From NCBI GenBank assembly GCA_963674735.2, contig CAXXQS010000001.1, positions 2,304,001 to 2,368,000 of the forward strand: DNA of 64,000 nt, given 5' to 3'. A program made the translations under genes and the position numbers. This document shows positions 9,180 through 18,781 of the stretch, one piece after another (within the stretch, counting starts at the first letter, position 1; each line of letters starts with the position of its first letter). This DNA comes from Myxococcota bacterium (lineage in GTDB: Bacteria > Myxococcota_A > SURF-8). Under the pieces are notes generated by a model. That model was not told the origin of the DNA. It did not search any database and was given only the letters and a program-made list of their open reading frames with translations.

Positions 9180-11537
9180 ATGACCGCACGAACCTTCATA
9201 TGGCTGCTGCGCCCCAGTATCCTGAAGCTCAGTATGCTGATCGCACTGCTGTTCGCCATGGTCGCCTACCTGCAGGAATCGGACGACTACCATTTCGGTT
9301 TCCTCGAAATCATGGATTTGAAAATCCTCGACCACAAGTTCATCTCCCGTCAATTGCGGGAGAAACCGGATGAGGTGGTCATCGCCGCCATCGATGAAAA
9401 AGCCCTCGATGCTTATGGCCGCTGGCCCTGGAAACGCGACCTGATCGCGCAACTGGTAGACCGTCTATCCCAAGCCGGAGCCTCCGTCATCGCCTTCGAT
9501 CTCGTACTGGCCGATGAAACGGTCGATGAAACGGCCCAGGTGCTCCGGCGCATCGAACGACGCGTTAAAAAGATGAAAGCCGGGGACTCGAAAAGCGCCT
9601 TGTCCTTGAAGCTGAAAACCCTCTCCCTATTGCGCGAACAGGCCGACCGGCACGACGCCGACCGCCGCCTGGCTCACTCCCTGGCCGGACCCACGCCGAC
9701 CGTCCTCGGTTTTTTCATTTTCACAGATCTGGATGAACTGCAGGATCTGGAACGCGATCGTTTGATCGATGATCTCGACCGCCTGATTCCGTCGAAGATC
9801 GCCGTAATCGCCCCGCTGGACCCCGAACACGAAAACGAATACCTGATCAACCTGCCCCAGGCTCCTGCGCTGCTTGCGCCCCTGCCCGTTTTCACCGACG
9901 CAACCGACCATTACGGACACATCGAATTCGATCAGGATCTCGACGGCGTCGGTCGCCGCGCCGTCCTGCTGTACGAAGTCGCCGAAGATCCGGCCGTCAA
10001 TGTCTATCCGGATTTGATGGACGAAAAGCTGATCTTCCCCAGCCTGGCGCTCAAAACCGCCGCCCTGCATGTGAAACGCGAAATCGTGGTCCATACTTAC
10101 GACAAGGGAATTCTTGCCATCGGGCTCGGGCGCGGCGAAGATGCCCACCTGATTCAAACCGATCGTTTCGGCCGGATGTTGATCAACTTTTATGGTCCCG
10201 CGAAAACTTTCGATACCTACAGCATCAAAGACATACTCGATAACGCAACCCCCGCCGACGCGTTCAAGGATCGCATCGTCCTGGTGGGGGCAACCGCCAA
10301 AGCCTTGCAGGATATGCGCCTAACCCCTTTTCAGCACGACTTCCCCGGCGTCGAGGTGCATGCCAACGTCATCGCCAATATCCTCAAAAGCGATTACATC
10401 ACCGACCCCGACACCCTGCTGCACATCGAAATCCTGTTGATTCTCTTCTTCGGATTCCTCTTCGGCACGGTGGTGCGCCATCTGACGGCCTTATGGGGTT
10501 TCCTGTTTTTGATCATCGTATTCAGCGTTTATACCGTCATCGACAGCACCTTGCTGTTCTCAAACGGAATCTGGGTACGCTCCGCGTTGCCGCTGGCTGA
10601 AGCCTTCGTGATCTTCCTGGTGTGTTATATCTACCGCTACATGATCGAGGAACGTGACAAGCGCCGCACCCGCAGCGCCTTCAAGCAGTACCTCAATCCG
10701 TCGGTGGTGGACACCATGATGTCCGACTTCGACCAACTCAAGCTGGGTGGCGAAAAACGGACTATTACCGTGCTGTTTTCCGATATTCGCGGTTTCACTT
10801 CGTTTAGCGAAAAGCTGTCTCCCGACCGGCTCGGCGATATTCTCACAGAGTATCTGAACCCCATGACCCGGATCGTCTTCGACCATCGCGGGGTGCTCGA
10901 CAAATACATGGGCGATGCAATCATGGCTTTCTGGGGCGCTCCCACCCGCGAGCCCAACCACGCCATCCTGGCCTGCGAGGCGGCTCTCGTCATGTTGACA
11001 CAGCTCGAAGCGCTGAACCATGACTGGGCCAAGCAAGGAATCCCGCGCCTCGAAATCGGCATCGGCATCAATACCGGCCCGATGTGGGTGGGCAACATGG
11101 GCAGTCAGGTGCGCTTCGACTACACCGTCATCGGCGACGCCGTCAACCTCGGCTCCCGCCTGGAAGGCACCAACAAGCAGTACGGCACCCGTATCATCAT
11201 CTCCGAATTCACCCGACGCGCCATCGGCGGGAGCTTCCTCTGCCGCGAACTGGACGCCATCCGCGTCAAGGGTAAGGCCCAGCCGGTCACCATTTACGAG
11301 CTGATGGTCAAGGGAACGGGATCCGATAGCCAGCGCCAACAGGTGAAGGAATTCGAGGCGGGACTGGCCCTTTACCGCAAGCGTCGCTGGAACGAGGCTA
11401 TGGAAACCTTCGTTCAGGTGTCGAACCGGTATCCCGACGACCAGGCCGCGCGGGTGTTCATGGCCCGCTGCGAGCAATTCAGCCTGAACCCGCCCCCCGA
11501 AAACTGGGACGGCGTCTTCGAAATGGAAACCAAATAA
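9180..11537 (+). CDS. CHASE2-domain class III adenylate cyclase
   Basis: CHASE2 motifs (IDEKAL..YGRWPWKR, PGVEVHA); 3 TM; FSDIRGFT, DKYMGDAIM, YTVIGDAVNLGSRLEG, RVKGK; C-terminal WDGVF. Confidence 0.93.
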   Translation: MTARTFIWLLRPSILKLSMLIALLFAMVAYLQESDDYHFGFLEIMDLKILDHKFISRQLREKPDEVVIAAIDEKALDAYGRWPWKRDLIAQLVDRLSQAGASVIAFDLVLADETVDETAQVLRRIERRVKKMKAGDSKSALSLKLKTLSLLREQADRHDADRRLAHSLAGPTPTVLGFFIFTDLDELQDLERDRLIDDLDRLIPSKIAVIAPLDPEHENEYLINLPQAPALLAPLPVFTDATDHYGHIEFDQDLDGVGRRAVLLYEVAEDPAVNVYPDLMDEKLIFPSLALKTAALHVKREIVVHTYDKGILAIGLGRGEDAHLIQTDRFGRMLINFYGPAKTFDTYSIKDILDNATPADAFKDRIVLVGATAKALQDMRLTPFQHDFPGVEVHANVIANILKSDYITDPDTLLHIEILLILFFGFLFGTVVRHLTALWGFLFLIIVFSVYTVIDSTLLFSNGIWVRSALPLAEAFVIFLVCYIYRYMIEERDKRRTRSAFKQYLNPSVVDTMMSDFDQLKLGGEKRTITVLFSDIRGFTSFSEKLSPDRLGDILTEYLNPMTRIVFDHRGVLDKYMGDAIMAFWGAPTREPNHAILACEAALVMLTQLEALNHDWAKQGIPRLEIGIGINTGPMWVGNMGSQVRFDYTVIGDAVNLGSRLEGTNKQYGTRIIISEFTRRAIGGSFLCRELDAIRVKGKAQPVTIYELMVKGTGSDSQRQQVKEFEAGLALYRKRRWNEAMETFVQVSNRYPDDQAARVFMARCEQFSLNPPPENWDGVFEMETK

Positions 11538-11567
11538 GTTTACCCGCTCAACACACAGGACAAAACC

Positions 11568-12893
11568 TTGACGACGTATCGCGAAACGGTGGATTGGCTG
11601 TACGGACTGCAAACTCGCGGCATGAAATTCGGCCTCGACAACATGCGGACTCTCTGTCGCTTGATGGGCGACCCGCAAAATCGCTTTAAAAGCGTTCATC
11701 TGGCCGGAACCAACGGCAAAGGCTCCTGCGCCGCCTTCATCACCAAAATGGCCGAATCCGCCGGTCTGCGCTGCGGATTGACGGTATCGCCCCACCTCGT
11801 AGACCTCACTGAACGCATCCGCATCAACGATACGCCCATCGCCCGCGAGCGCCTGATCGAGCTGACGACCCGCATCCGCGACGCCGTGGAGCGTCACAAC
11901 GCCGATCACGCGGACGCGCCGCTTTCGCCCACCTATTTCGAATTCACCATGCTGCTGGCTTTCTGCCACTTCGCCGAGGAAAACGTCGACCTGGCGGTGG
12001 TGGAAGCGGGACTGGGCGGCCGACTCGATTCGACCAACGTCCTGAAACCGATTCTCACCCTCATCACGTCGATCGGTATGGAACACACCCAATACCTGGG
12101 CGACACCCTGGGTGCCATCGCGCGCGAAAAAGCGGGCATCATCAAGCCCGATACTCCGCTATTGACCGCCGTCCACGACGAAGAGGCCTTGGAGGCCATC
12201 GAGGCCGTCGCCGAGGAAAAACTCGCGCCCCTGTTGCTGTTCGGCTGCGATTTCACCGCCTATCTCGGCAAAGGCCGCCTGAGCTATTTCGACGCGCACC
12301 ACCGCCTCGACGACATGCCGATCGGCCTGAAGGGCGCCCATCAACGCGCGAACGCCGGAATGGCCATCGCCGCGGCCTACCAACTTCAACGCCTCGGTTT
12401 TCCCATCGATGACGACGCCATCAGGCGTGGAATCGCCGAAACCCGCTGGCCGGGTCGCCTGGAATTGTTCGCTCACCGCCCGCCCTGGCTGGTGGACTGC
12501 GCCCACAACCCCGCCGCCGTCGAAACCCTGGCGGTCTATCTGATGGCGGAACATCCGCAGGCGCGTATCCTGGCGGTCTTCGCCGCGATGAAAGACAAGA
12601 ACTACGCCGCCATGCTGGCGCGACTGGCTCCACAAGTCGACACGTGGATCTTCACCCGACCCGCCATCGACCGAGCCGAGAATCCCGAAGCATTACAGCG
12701 GGTTTGTCATATCCAAGAACGAATCCACCTGCGCCCCGCGGTGGCCGACGCGCTGAAACTGGCCGAAGAAATGGAAAACGATTTCGACCTGGTGCTGGTA
12801 GCCGGTTCGATTTTTCTGGTGGGCGAAGCCTATCCATGGATCGCCACTCATACCGGAAAAACTGGCGTGGCGGGGAACCCTGTGATAGGCTAA
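11568..12893 (+). CDS. folC: Folylpolyglutamate/dihydrofolate synthase
   Basis: HLAGTNGKGS, SPHL, EAGLGGRLDSTN, EKAGIIK, WPGRLE, DCAHNP. Confidence 0.95.
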   Translation: MTTYRETVDWLYGLQTRGMKFGLDNMRTLCRLMGDPQNRFKSVHLAGTNGKGSCAAFITKMAESAGLRCGLTVSPHLVDLTERIRINDTPIARERLIELTTRIRDAVERHNADHADAPLSPTYFEFTMLLAFCHFAEENVDLAVVEAGLGGRLDSTNVLKPILTLITSIGMEHTQYLGDTLGAIAREKAGIIKPDTPLLTAVHDEEALEAIEAVAEEKLAPLLLFGCDFTAYLGKGRLSYFDAHHRLDDMPIGLKGAHQRANAGMAIAAAYQLQRLGFPIDDDAIRRGIAETRWPGRLELFAHRPPWLVDCAHNPAAVETLAVYLMAEHPQARILAVFAAMKDKNYAAMLARLAPQVDTWIFTRPAIDRAENPEALQRVCHIQERIHLRPAVADALKLAEEMENDFDLVLVAGSIFLVGEAYPWIATHTGKTGVAGNPVIG

Positions 12894-12925
12894 CGGAATC
12901 TATTCACTGGATTTTCGAGGCGTCC

Positions 12926-14377
12926 GTGCGGTTACTTCTACTTCCATATCTATTGATTGCCCTGCTGATCTCCATCTCTTCATTATGGGCTGCCGATCCC
13001 GAATTGCCGCAGATTTCGGCCCTTACGGCCATCCAGGACGGCCCGCGTATTCAGGTTCGCATTCTGGCCAGCCAGCGACCGGTTTTTTCCAGCTACCAGC
13101 TATCCGACCCTGAACGACTGGTCATCGATTTTCCCCAGATGCAACTAGCTCCGCAAGTGGGACCGCCTCCCCTGCGTTCCGTCCTGATCGACCGTCTATC
13201 GCTTGAAGCCCCCACGGATTTCGATAACTTGGTACGCTTGGTGATCTGGCTGCGCGCCCCCGCCGACTACCGTATGGAGCAGCAGAACGGCTCCCTGGTT
13301 ATCATCCTGGAACCGCTTCCCGGTTCGCCGCTGCTGGCGCTGAATGCCCCCCAAACATCGCAGAAAACCGGACAATCCGAAACACCGACCACGGTGGCAG
13401 CCACCTTGCAAGCGGAACGGGAAGACGCCGAGCGAAAACGCCTGGAAGCAGAACGCCGTCAACGCGAAATCGCCGAGCAGAAACGCCTGGAAGCAGAACG
13501 CCGTCAACGCGAAATCGCCGAGCAGAAACGCCTGGAAGCAGAACGTCGTCAGCGCGAAATCGCCGAACAGAAACGCCTGGAAGCAGAACGCCGTCAGCGC
13601 GAAATCGCCGAACAGAAACGCCTGGAAGCAGAACGTCGCCAGCGCGAAATCGCCGAGCAGAAACGCCTGGAAGCAGAACGTCGCCAGCGCGAAATCGCCG
13701 AGCAGAAACGCCTGGAAGAGGAACGTCGCCAGCGCGAAATCGCCGAGCAGAAACGCCTGGAAGAGGAACGTCGCCAGCGCGAAATCGCCGAACAGAAACG
13801 CCTGGAGGAAGAACGTCGTCTGCGCGAAATCGCCCAGCAAAAACGCTTGGAAGAAGAGCGCCGTCAACGTGAGGAAGCCAAGAAAAAAAGGCTGGAAGAG
13901 GAGCGCCAAAAACGCGAAAACGCCCAGCGCGAACGCATGCAGGCGGAAGTCGAACGGGCCAAGAAAGCCGAACGAAATCGGCAGAATGAGTTGGCCAAGC
14001 GCAAGAACCTCAAAGTTACCAAGTTGCACCCCGCCAGCGGACCGGCCACCCTGCGCTTCGTCGGTTTTCATCCGCAAAACGGCGGCGCGCGCGTCAGTGT
14101 CACATTCAACCGTACCGCGAATATGACCACCCAATGGGTGGACACGCATACCGCCCGTTTCATCTTCGCTCCAGCTCGCGTGGTCAACCGCATGAACCTG
14201 CTTCCCCTGCAAACGGCGGCATTCAACACGCCGGTCGAATCGGTGCAACCCGACTGGAATCCGCTGGATCAGACGGTCAGCCTGACCGTGCACCTCTCTT
14301 CCCAGGCGCAATTCAGCGTACAACGCCATGATTTTCGTATCGATATTCTCTTCGAACCCGTGAGTGGACAGCCCTGA
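12926..14377 (+). CDS. AMIN-domain secreted protein with long charged helical repeat
   Basis: Signal peptide from GTG 12926; AMIN motif (YQLSDPERLVIDF, VRLVIWL); central 15-aa repeat; probable second AMIN-like C-terminal domain. Confidence 0.75.
   Translation: MRLLLLPYLLIALLISISSLWAADPELPQISALTAIQDGPRIQVRILASQRPVFSSYQLSDPERLVIDFPQMQLAPQVGPPPLRSVLIDRLSLEAPTDFDNLVRLVIWLRAPADYRMEQQNGSLVIILEPLPGSPLLALNAPQTSQKTGQSETPTTVAATLQAEREDAERKRLEAERRQREIAEQKRLEAERRQREIAEQKRLEAERRQREIAEQKRLEAERRQREIAEQKRLEAERRQREIAEQKRLEAERRQREIAEQKRLEEERRQREIAEQKRLEEERRQREIAEQKRLEEERRLREIAQQKRLEEERRQREEAKKKRLEEERQKRENAQRERMQAEVERAKKAERNRQNELAKRKNLKVTKLHPASGPATLRFVGFHPQNGGARVSVTFNRTANMTTQWVDTHTARFIFAPARVVNRMNLLPLQTAAFNTPVESVQPDWNPLDQTVSLTVHLSSQAQFSVQRHDFRIDILFEPVSGQP
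13436..13930 (+). repeat. Coding tandem repeat, 45-nt unit x about 11 (KRLE[A/E]ERRQREIAEQ)
   Basis: AAACGCCTGGAA recurs every 45 nt from 13436; last units degenerate. Confidence 0.95.
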
Positions 14378-14458
14378 ACACGCTAAAAGGACTTGCCAAA
14401 ATCGTGCCTCGCCGTTAGATTAGGGCGATTTGCACTGTTCAATAGAACCGAGGTTGGG

Positions 14459-17317
14459 ATGTTAAAAAAGATTTCAGAAGCCATTTTCGGCACTCAGCAC
14501 GAGCGCGAGATCAAGCGCTTGCAGCCGTATGTCGATCAGATCAACGGTCTGGAAGACGGCATCAAAGCCAAGTCGGACGACGAACTGCGTGCGCGCATCG
14601 GTGAATTTCGCCAACAGGTCGAAAACGCGGTCAAAGGCTACAGCGACCATGCCGATCGCCGCAAACGCGAAGAAGATATCCTCGCAACCCTGTTGCCGGA
14701 AACCTTCGCCATCGTGCGCGAAGCCGGTATCCGCAGCCTGGGTATGCGCCACTACGACGTCCAGCTCATCGGCGGCATGGTCCTTCACGGCGGCCGCATC
14801 TCCGAGATGCGCACCGGTGAAGGTAAAACCCTGGTCGCCACCCTGCCCTTGGTACTCAACGCCCTTACCGGGCGCGGCGTGCATTTGGTCACGGTCAACG
14901 ATTACCTGGCCCGACGCGACTCGGAATGGATGGGACGCATCTACAAATACCTGGGATTTTCGGTGGGGCTGGTGGTGCACGGGATCAACACCCGCAAACG
15001 CCGCGAGTCTTACGCCAGCGACATCCTGTACGGAACCAACAACGAGTTCGGGTTCGACTACCTGCGCGACAACATGAAGTTCCGCCTCTCCGATTACGTC
15101 CAACGCGACCTGCATTATGCCATCGTGGATGAGGTCGATTCCATCCTGATCGACGAAGCCCGTACCCCGTTGATCATCTCCGGCCAGGCCGAAGACTCGA
15201 CCGAGAAATACAATCAGGTCAATGCCGTCATCAAAAACCTGGTCAAGCTCGGTTTGACGGAAGGCCGAAAACGCGCCGCCAAGGCCGATGTTTCCATCGA
15301 AGAAGTCGTGGAAAAAGAAGGCGGCCTGCGGGCCATCGCCTCGCAGCTCAAAGGCCGCAAGAAGAAAGACCTCGCGGGCGACTACTATTTCTTCACCATC
15401 GACGAGAAGGGCCGCAACATCATCTTGTCGGATGAGGGCGTGGCCTGGGTGGAAGAGCATTTCAACGTGGAGAACCTCTACGAACCGCAGAATATCGAAC
15501 TGCTGCACCACGTCAATCAGGGTTTACGCGCCCACCTGCTGTACCGCGTCGAGCAGGAATACATCGTCAAGGACGATAAGGTGGTCATCGTCGACGAATT
15601 CACCGGCCGCCTTATGCCCGGCCGCCGCTGGTCCGACGGGTTGCATCAGGCCGTGGAAGCCAAAGAAGGCGTCCAGATCCAGAACGAAAACCAGACACTG
15701 GCCTCCATCACCTTCCAGAACTTCTTCCGCATGTACGACAAGCTGGCCGGTATGACCGGTACGGCGGAAACCGAGGCCAACGAATTCAAGCAGATCTACG
15801 GGCTCAACGTCGCGGTGATTCCCACCGACAAACCCATGATCCGCCAAGATCACACCGATATGGTGTACCGCACGGTCAAAGAAAAATACACATCCGTGGT
15901 GGAAGAGATTGCCGAAGTCAGCAAACGAGGACAGCCGGTGCTGGTGGGCACGATCAGCATCGAGAATTCGGAAAAACTCTCACGCATGCTCAAGCGCCGG
16001 GGCGTCAAGCACAACGTACTCAACGCCAAGTTCCATGAAAAAGAAGCGGAAATCGTCGCCCAAGCCGGCCGCAAAGGCGCGGTCACGATCGCAACCAACA
16101 TGGCGGGTCGCGGTACCGATATCGTCTTGGGCGGCAACCCCGAATTCATGGCCTGGCAACAAGTCGGCACCGATGCCGAGCTGGATGAATTCCAGGCGGC
16201 TCTCGATGAGTACACCAAGAAATGCAAGGCGGAAAAGGAATTCGTGCTCGAAGCGGGCGGCCTGCACATTCTCGGTACCGAACGCCACGAATCGCGCCGC
16301 ATCGACAACCAGTTGCGTGGCCGTTCGGGACGCCAGGGCGATCCCGGAAGTTCACGTTTTTACCTGTCGCTCGAAGATGATCTGATGCGCATCTTCGGTG
16401 GCGAGCGGATCATGGCCATCATGAACCGCTTGGGGATCGAAGAGGGACAGGTTATTCAGCACGGCATGATCACCCGCGCCATCGAGAAATCGCAGATGCG
16501 TGTGGAAGCGCACAACTTCGATATCCGCAAAAACCTGCTCGATTACGATACCGTGATGAACGAGCAACGGACCGTTACCTACCGCACGCGCCGCGAAATT
16601 CTCGAAGGCACGGAACAAGAAGAACGCGCGCTCACCGCCATCGAAGACGTGGTGATCTCCATCGTCGGCGAAACCTGCCAGGGAACGGCCGAAAAATGGG
16701 AGATCGACCGCCTGCTCGATAGTATCAAACATTACTTCAATATGGATTACGACCTGGAGTTCGATCCCAAAAGCGCCCCGCCGCTGGAGAAGCTTCAGGA
16801 AAACATCTACTTCGCCGCCGAAAAAGAATATCGGGAAAAGGTGAAGAATATCGCCGCCCTGTTCAACGACGACGGCGACAACTGGCGGCGCATGGAACGC
16901 GAGCTGCATCTCCAGATTCTCGACAAACACTGGCGCGAGCACCTGTTGCAAATGGATCACCTGAAAGAAGGCATCAGCCTGCGCGGCTATGGTTCGCGCG
17001 ATCCCAAGCAGGAATACAAAAAAGAAGGCTTTGCCATGTTCGAGGATTTGCTTGACCGCATTTCCTTCGAATTCATCCAATACGTCTTCCGTATCCAGAT
17101 CCAGGCCGAAGAAGAACTGACGCGCCTGCGCGAAAAGCAGGAAGCCGAACAAGAACGCCGTCGCATGACCTACGAACGCGGCGAGTCTCGTAAAAAGCCG
17201 GAAACCGTCCAACGCACCGTGCAGAAGATCGGTCGCAACGACCCCTGCCCCTGCGGGTCGGGTAAGAAATTCAAAAAATGCCATTGGGGCCAGGCCGGCT
17301 TCGAACGGTTTATGTAA
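14459..17317 (+). CDS. secA: Preprotein translocase ATPase SecA
   Basis: [55 protein letters not shown]; SEC-C motif [18 protein letters not shown]. Confidence 0.98.
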   Translation: MLKKISEAIFGTQHEREIKRLQPYVDQINGLEDGIKAKSDDELRARIGEFRQQVENAVKGYSDHADRRKREEDILATLLPETFAIVREAGIRSLGMRHYDVQLIGGMVLHGGRISEMRTGEGKTLVATLPLVLNALTGRGVHLVTVNDYLARRDSEWMGRIYKYLGFSVGLVVHGINTRKRRESYASDILYGTNNEFGFDYLRDNMKFRLSDYVQRDLHYAIVDEVDSILIDEARTPLIISGQAEDSTEKYNQVNAVIKNLVKLGLTEGRKRAAKADVSIEEVVEKEGGLRAIASQLKGRKKKDLAGDYYFFTIDEKGRNIILSDEGVAWVEEHFNVENLYEPQNIELLHHVNQGLRAHLLYRVEQEYIVKDDKVVIVDEFTGRLMPGRRWSDGLHQAVEAKEGVQIQNENQTLASITFQNFFRMYDKLAGMTGTAETEANEFKQIYGLNVAVIPTDKPMIRQDHTDMVYRTVKEKYTSVVEEIAEVSKRGQPVLVGTISIENSEKLSRMLKRRGVKHNVLNAKFHEKEAEIVAQAGRKGAVTIATNMAGRGTDIVLGGNPEFMAWQQVGTDAELDEFQAALDEYTKKCKAEKEFVLEAGGLHILGTERHESRRIDNQLRGRSGRQGDPGSSRFYLSLEDDLMRIFGGERIMAIMNRLGIEEGQVIQHGMITRAIEKSQMRVEAHNFDIRKNLLDYDTVMNEQRTVTYRTRREILEGTEQEERALTAIEDVVISIVGETCQGTAEKWEIDRLLDSIKHYFNMDYDLEFDPKSAPPLEKLQENIYFAAEKEYREKVKNIAALFNDDGDNWRRMERELHLQILDKHWREHLLQMDHLKEGISLRGYGSRDPKQEYKKEGFAMFEDLLDRISFEFIQYVFRIQIQAEEELTRLREKQEAEQERRRMTYERGESRKKPETVQRTVQKIGRNDPCPCGSGKKFKKCHWGQAGFERFM

Positions 17318-17327
17318 GGAGCGATCC

Positions 17328-18101
17328 ATGGATCAGCCCACCCTTCCCCCTCTCTCGTATTTTTACCGCTACCTGTGGGAAGATCCCGAGCTTATGGTGG
17401 TGGTCGGCGACGCCGGGGAACTGTTTCGCGGAATGGATATCTATAACCGCCATTTCGGCATCGCTCCGGTTGACGACGCCGACGCCCGTGATTTCAAACG
17501 CCTGCTGACGGCGGCGGGGCTGGCGGCGGTTTCCTTGAGCGATCGCGAAAGCTGGGGCTGGAATCTCAGCCTGCCCGACCGACAGATGGGGTTTTTCGTG
17601 GCAGCCGAACCGGAAGGCATGTTATGCGGTTGTCTCCATCCCACCACGCGTAAGCAACAACTCGGTTTCGTCCAGCGCCAGAAAGCCGGTGAGGACCTGA
17701 CCCAGAGTCACTTCACCCCGCAGGGCTCCGACGTCGTTCACGCCGTCGAACGCTATTTCGTCGAATGCGAACAGGTGCAGGTGCGCGTCGCCGCCAATGA
17801 ACAAGGCCTAGGTGCATTGGTGCGCGCCATGCCGGGCGGTCGGCTGGACGAATTGGCCTCTCTTTCCGATGACGAACTGATCGAACGCTGCCGCAAACTG
17901 GCCAAAGACGGCGAAATGAAGGGAATGGGCGAGGTTTTGTTGTTTTACGAATGCCGTTGCGACGACGAGATGATCCTCAGCATGATCACGAACCTGCCCG
18001 CCGACCAGCGCGAAGAACTGTGGCGCGGTCAAGATGCGTTGCACATCGAATGCCCCCGCTGCGGACGCGGCTATACCATGAAAAAGCAGGGATTGAATTA
18101 G
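17328..18101 (+). CDS. Hsp33 (HslO)-family chaperone, divergent
   Basis: C-terminal CxC...CxxC (YECRC, IECPRCG); 'AVERYFVECEQV' resembles the Hsp33 YF.QSEQ motif. Confidence 0.7.
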   Translation: MDQPTLPPLSYFYRYLWEDPELMVVVGDAGELFRGMDIYNRHFGIAPVDDADARDFKRLLTAAGLAAVSLSDRESWGWNLSLPDRQMGFFVAAEPEGMLCGCLHPTTRKQQLGFVQRQKAGEDLTQSHFTPQGSDVVHAVERYFVECEQVQVRVAANEQGLGALVRAMPGGRLDELASLSDDELIERCRKLAKDGEMKGMGEVLLFYECRCDDEMILSMITNLPADQREELWRGQDALHIECPRCGRGYTMKKQGLN

Positions 18102-18108
18102 GAAGCGG

Positions 18109-18225
18109 TCAGCGTTTCTTGCGAGGTTTGCTCGGCTCTCCTTCCCCGCGCAGACTGATAAGCACCACGCCGGTGAGAGAGAAGAAAAACGCAATTGCCG
18201 CCAATAGCTGGATCCACGTGGACAT
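18109..18225 (-). CDS. Small single-TM protein (38 aa), not in ORF track
   Basis: AAGGAG RBS (18235-18240); MSTWIQLLAAIAFFFSLTGVVLISLRGEGEPSKPRKKR*, a hydrophobic helix plus basic tail. Confidence 0.6.
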   Translation of the reverse strand: MSTWIQLLAAIAFFFSLTGVVLISLRGEGEPSKPRKKR

Positions 18226-18310
18226 GATAGGCCACTCCTTTCCCCTCTTGTCTAGCGCGTTGGATGAAGCAGGTCAAGTTATTAACCCAACCCGCGGTTT
18301 CCTTGTATAC

Positions 18311-18398
18311 TGCTCTCCCGAGTGATTCCACGAAACGAAATCATATAGAAGGCTCCCTCGATACGCCGTTTGTCAAACGGCAACACGGAGATGAACGT
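18311..18398. repeat. Palindromic doublet repeat, family B
   Basis: CCCGAGT-hairpin-ATATAGAAGG / CCCTCGATACG-hairpin-ACACGGAGATGAACG. Relatives at 20209-20256, 31507-31546 and 46580-46665. Confidence 0.7.
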
Positions 18399-18502
18399 TT
18401 TCTGTAGCTTTCATTGGGAGAGCTTGCTTTTAGAACATAGCGGATGACAACTTATCCGAGCTACTCCTTTACAGCTCCAGCGAATAATTTCACACGGGAC
18501 AA

Positions 18503-18532
18503 TTGACTTTCGCCGCTAATCGTTTTAATAAT
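18503..18532 (+). promoter_or_regulatory. Putative sigma70 promoter for the tmRNA-like RNA
   Basis: TTGACT at 18503 and an AT-rich TAATAAT 17 nt later, ending about 25 nt upstream of the predicted mature 5' end. Confidence 0.5.
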
Positions 18533-18556
18533 AACATGATTACGGTTCTATGGCAT

Positions 18557-18677
18557 GGGGGCGACAGGGCTTCGACGGGGTGCAGCTATCGCCTGGATAT
18601 AGATACATTCTTCAGATAGCTAGCCTGACGTTGCGCCGCACAAGCGGTGTTAGGTTCGATTCCCCCCGCCTCCACCA
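18557..18677 (+). ncRNA. Miniature tmRNA-like RNA (tRNA-like domain only, 121 nt)
   Basis: 5' GGGGGCGACAGGGCTTCGACGGGG and 3' GGTTCGATTCCCCCCGCCTCCACCA match tmRNA termini. GGGGGCG/CGCCTCC acceptor stem with G3.U, A discriminator and CCA. T-stem is atypical. Confidence 0.75.
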
Positions 18678-18781
18678 TTTTATGTTTATGATTTCAACAA
18701 CTTATGACTCTCACCTAGAAGCAGTGCCCAAATAGTGCCTAACTAAATTTGATGTTATCCTGCATGGAGGTCACTTTAATA

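Noticed and set aside
13436-13930. CRISPR-like array
   Set aside because: Contiguous in-frame 45-nt coding repeats without unique spacers; no cas genes in the window.
849-17329. Long antisense ORFs (e.g. 849-2021, 10560-12092, 14474-15511, 16352-17329)
   Set aside because: Stop-poor mirror frames of high-GC genes; no motifs.
18557-18677. Ordinary tRNA-Ala or permuted two-piece tmRNA
   Set aside because: No D-stem or anticodon arm, and the 5' end is tmRNA-type (TTCGAC-GGGG). The ends are in standard order, not permuted.
18550-18735. 61-aa ORF over the tmRNA-like sequence
   Set aside because: No RBS; a shadow translation of the structured RNA.
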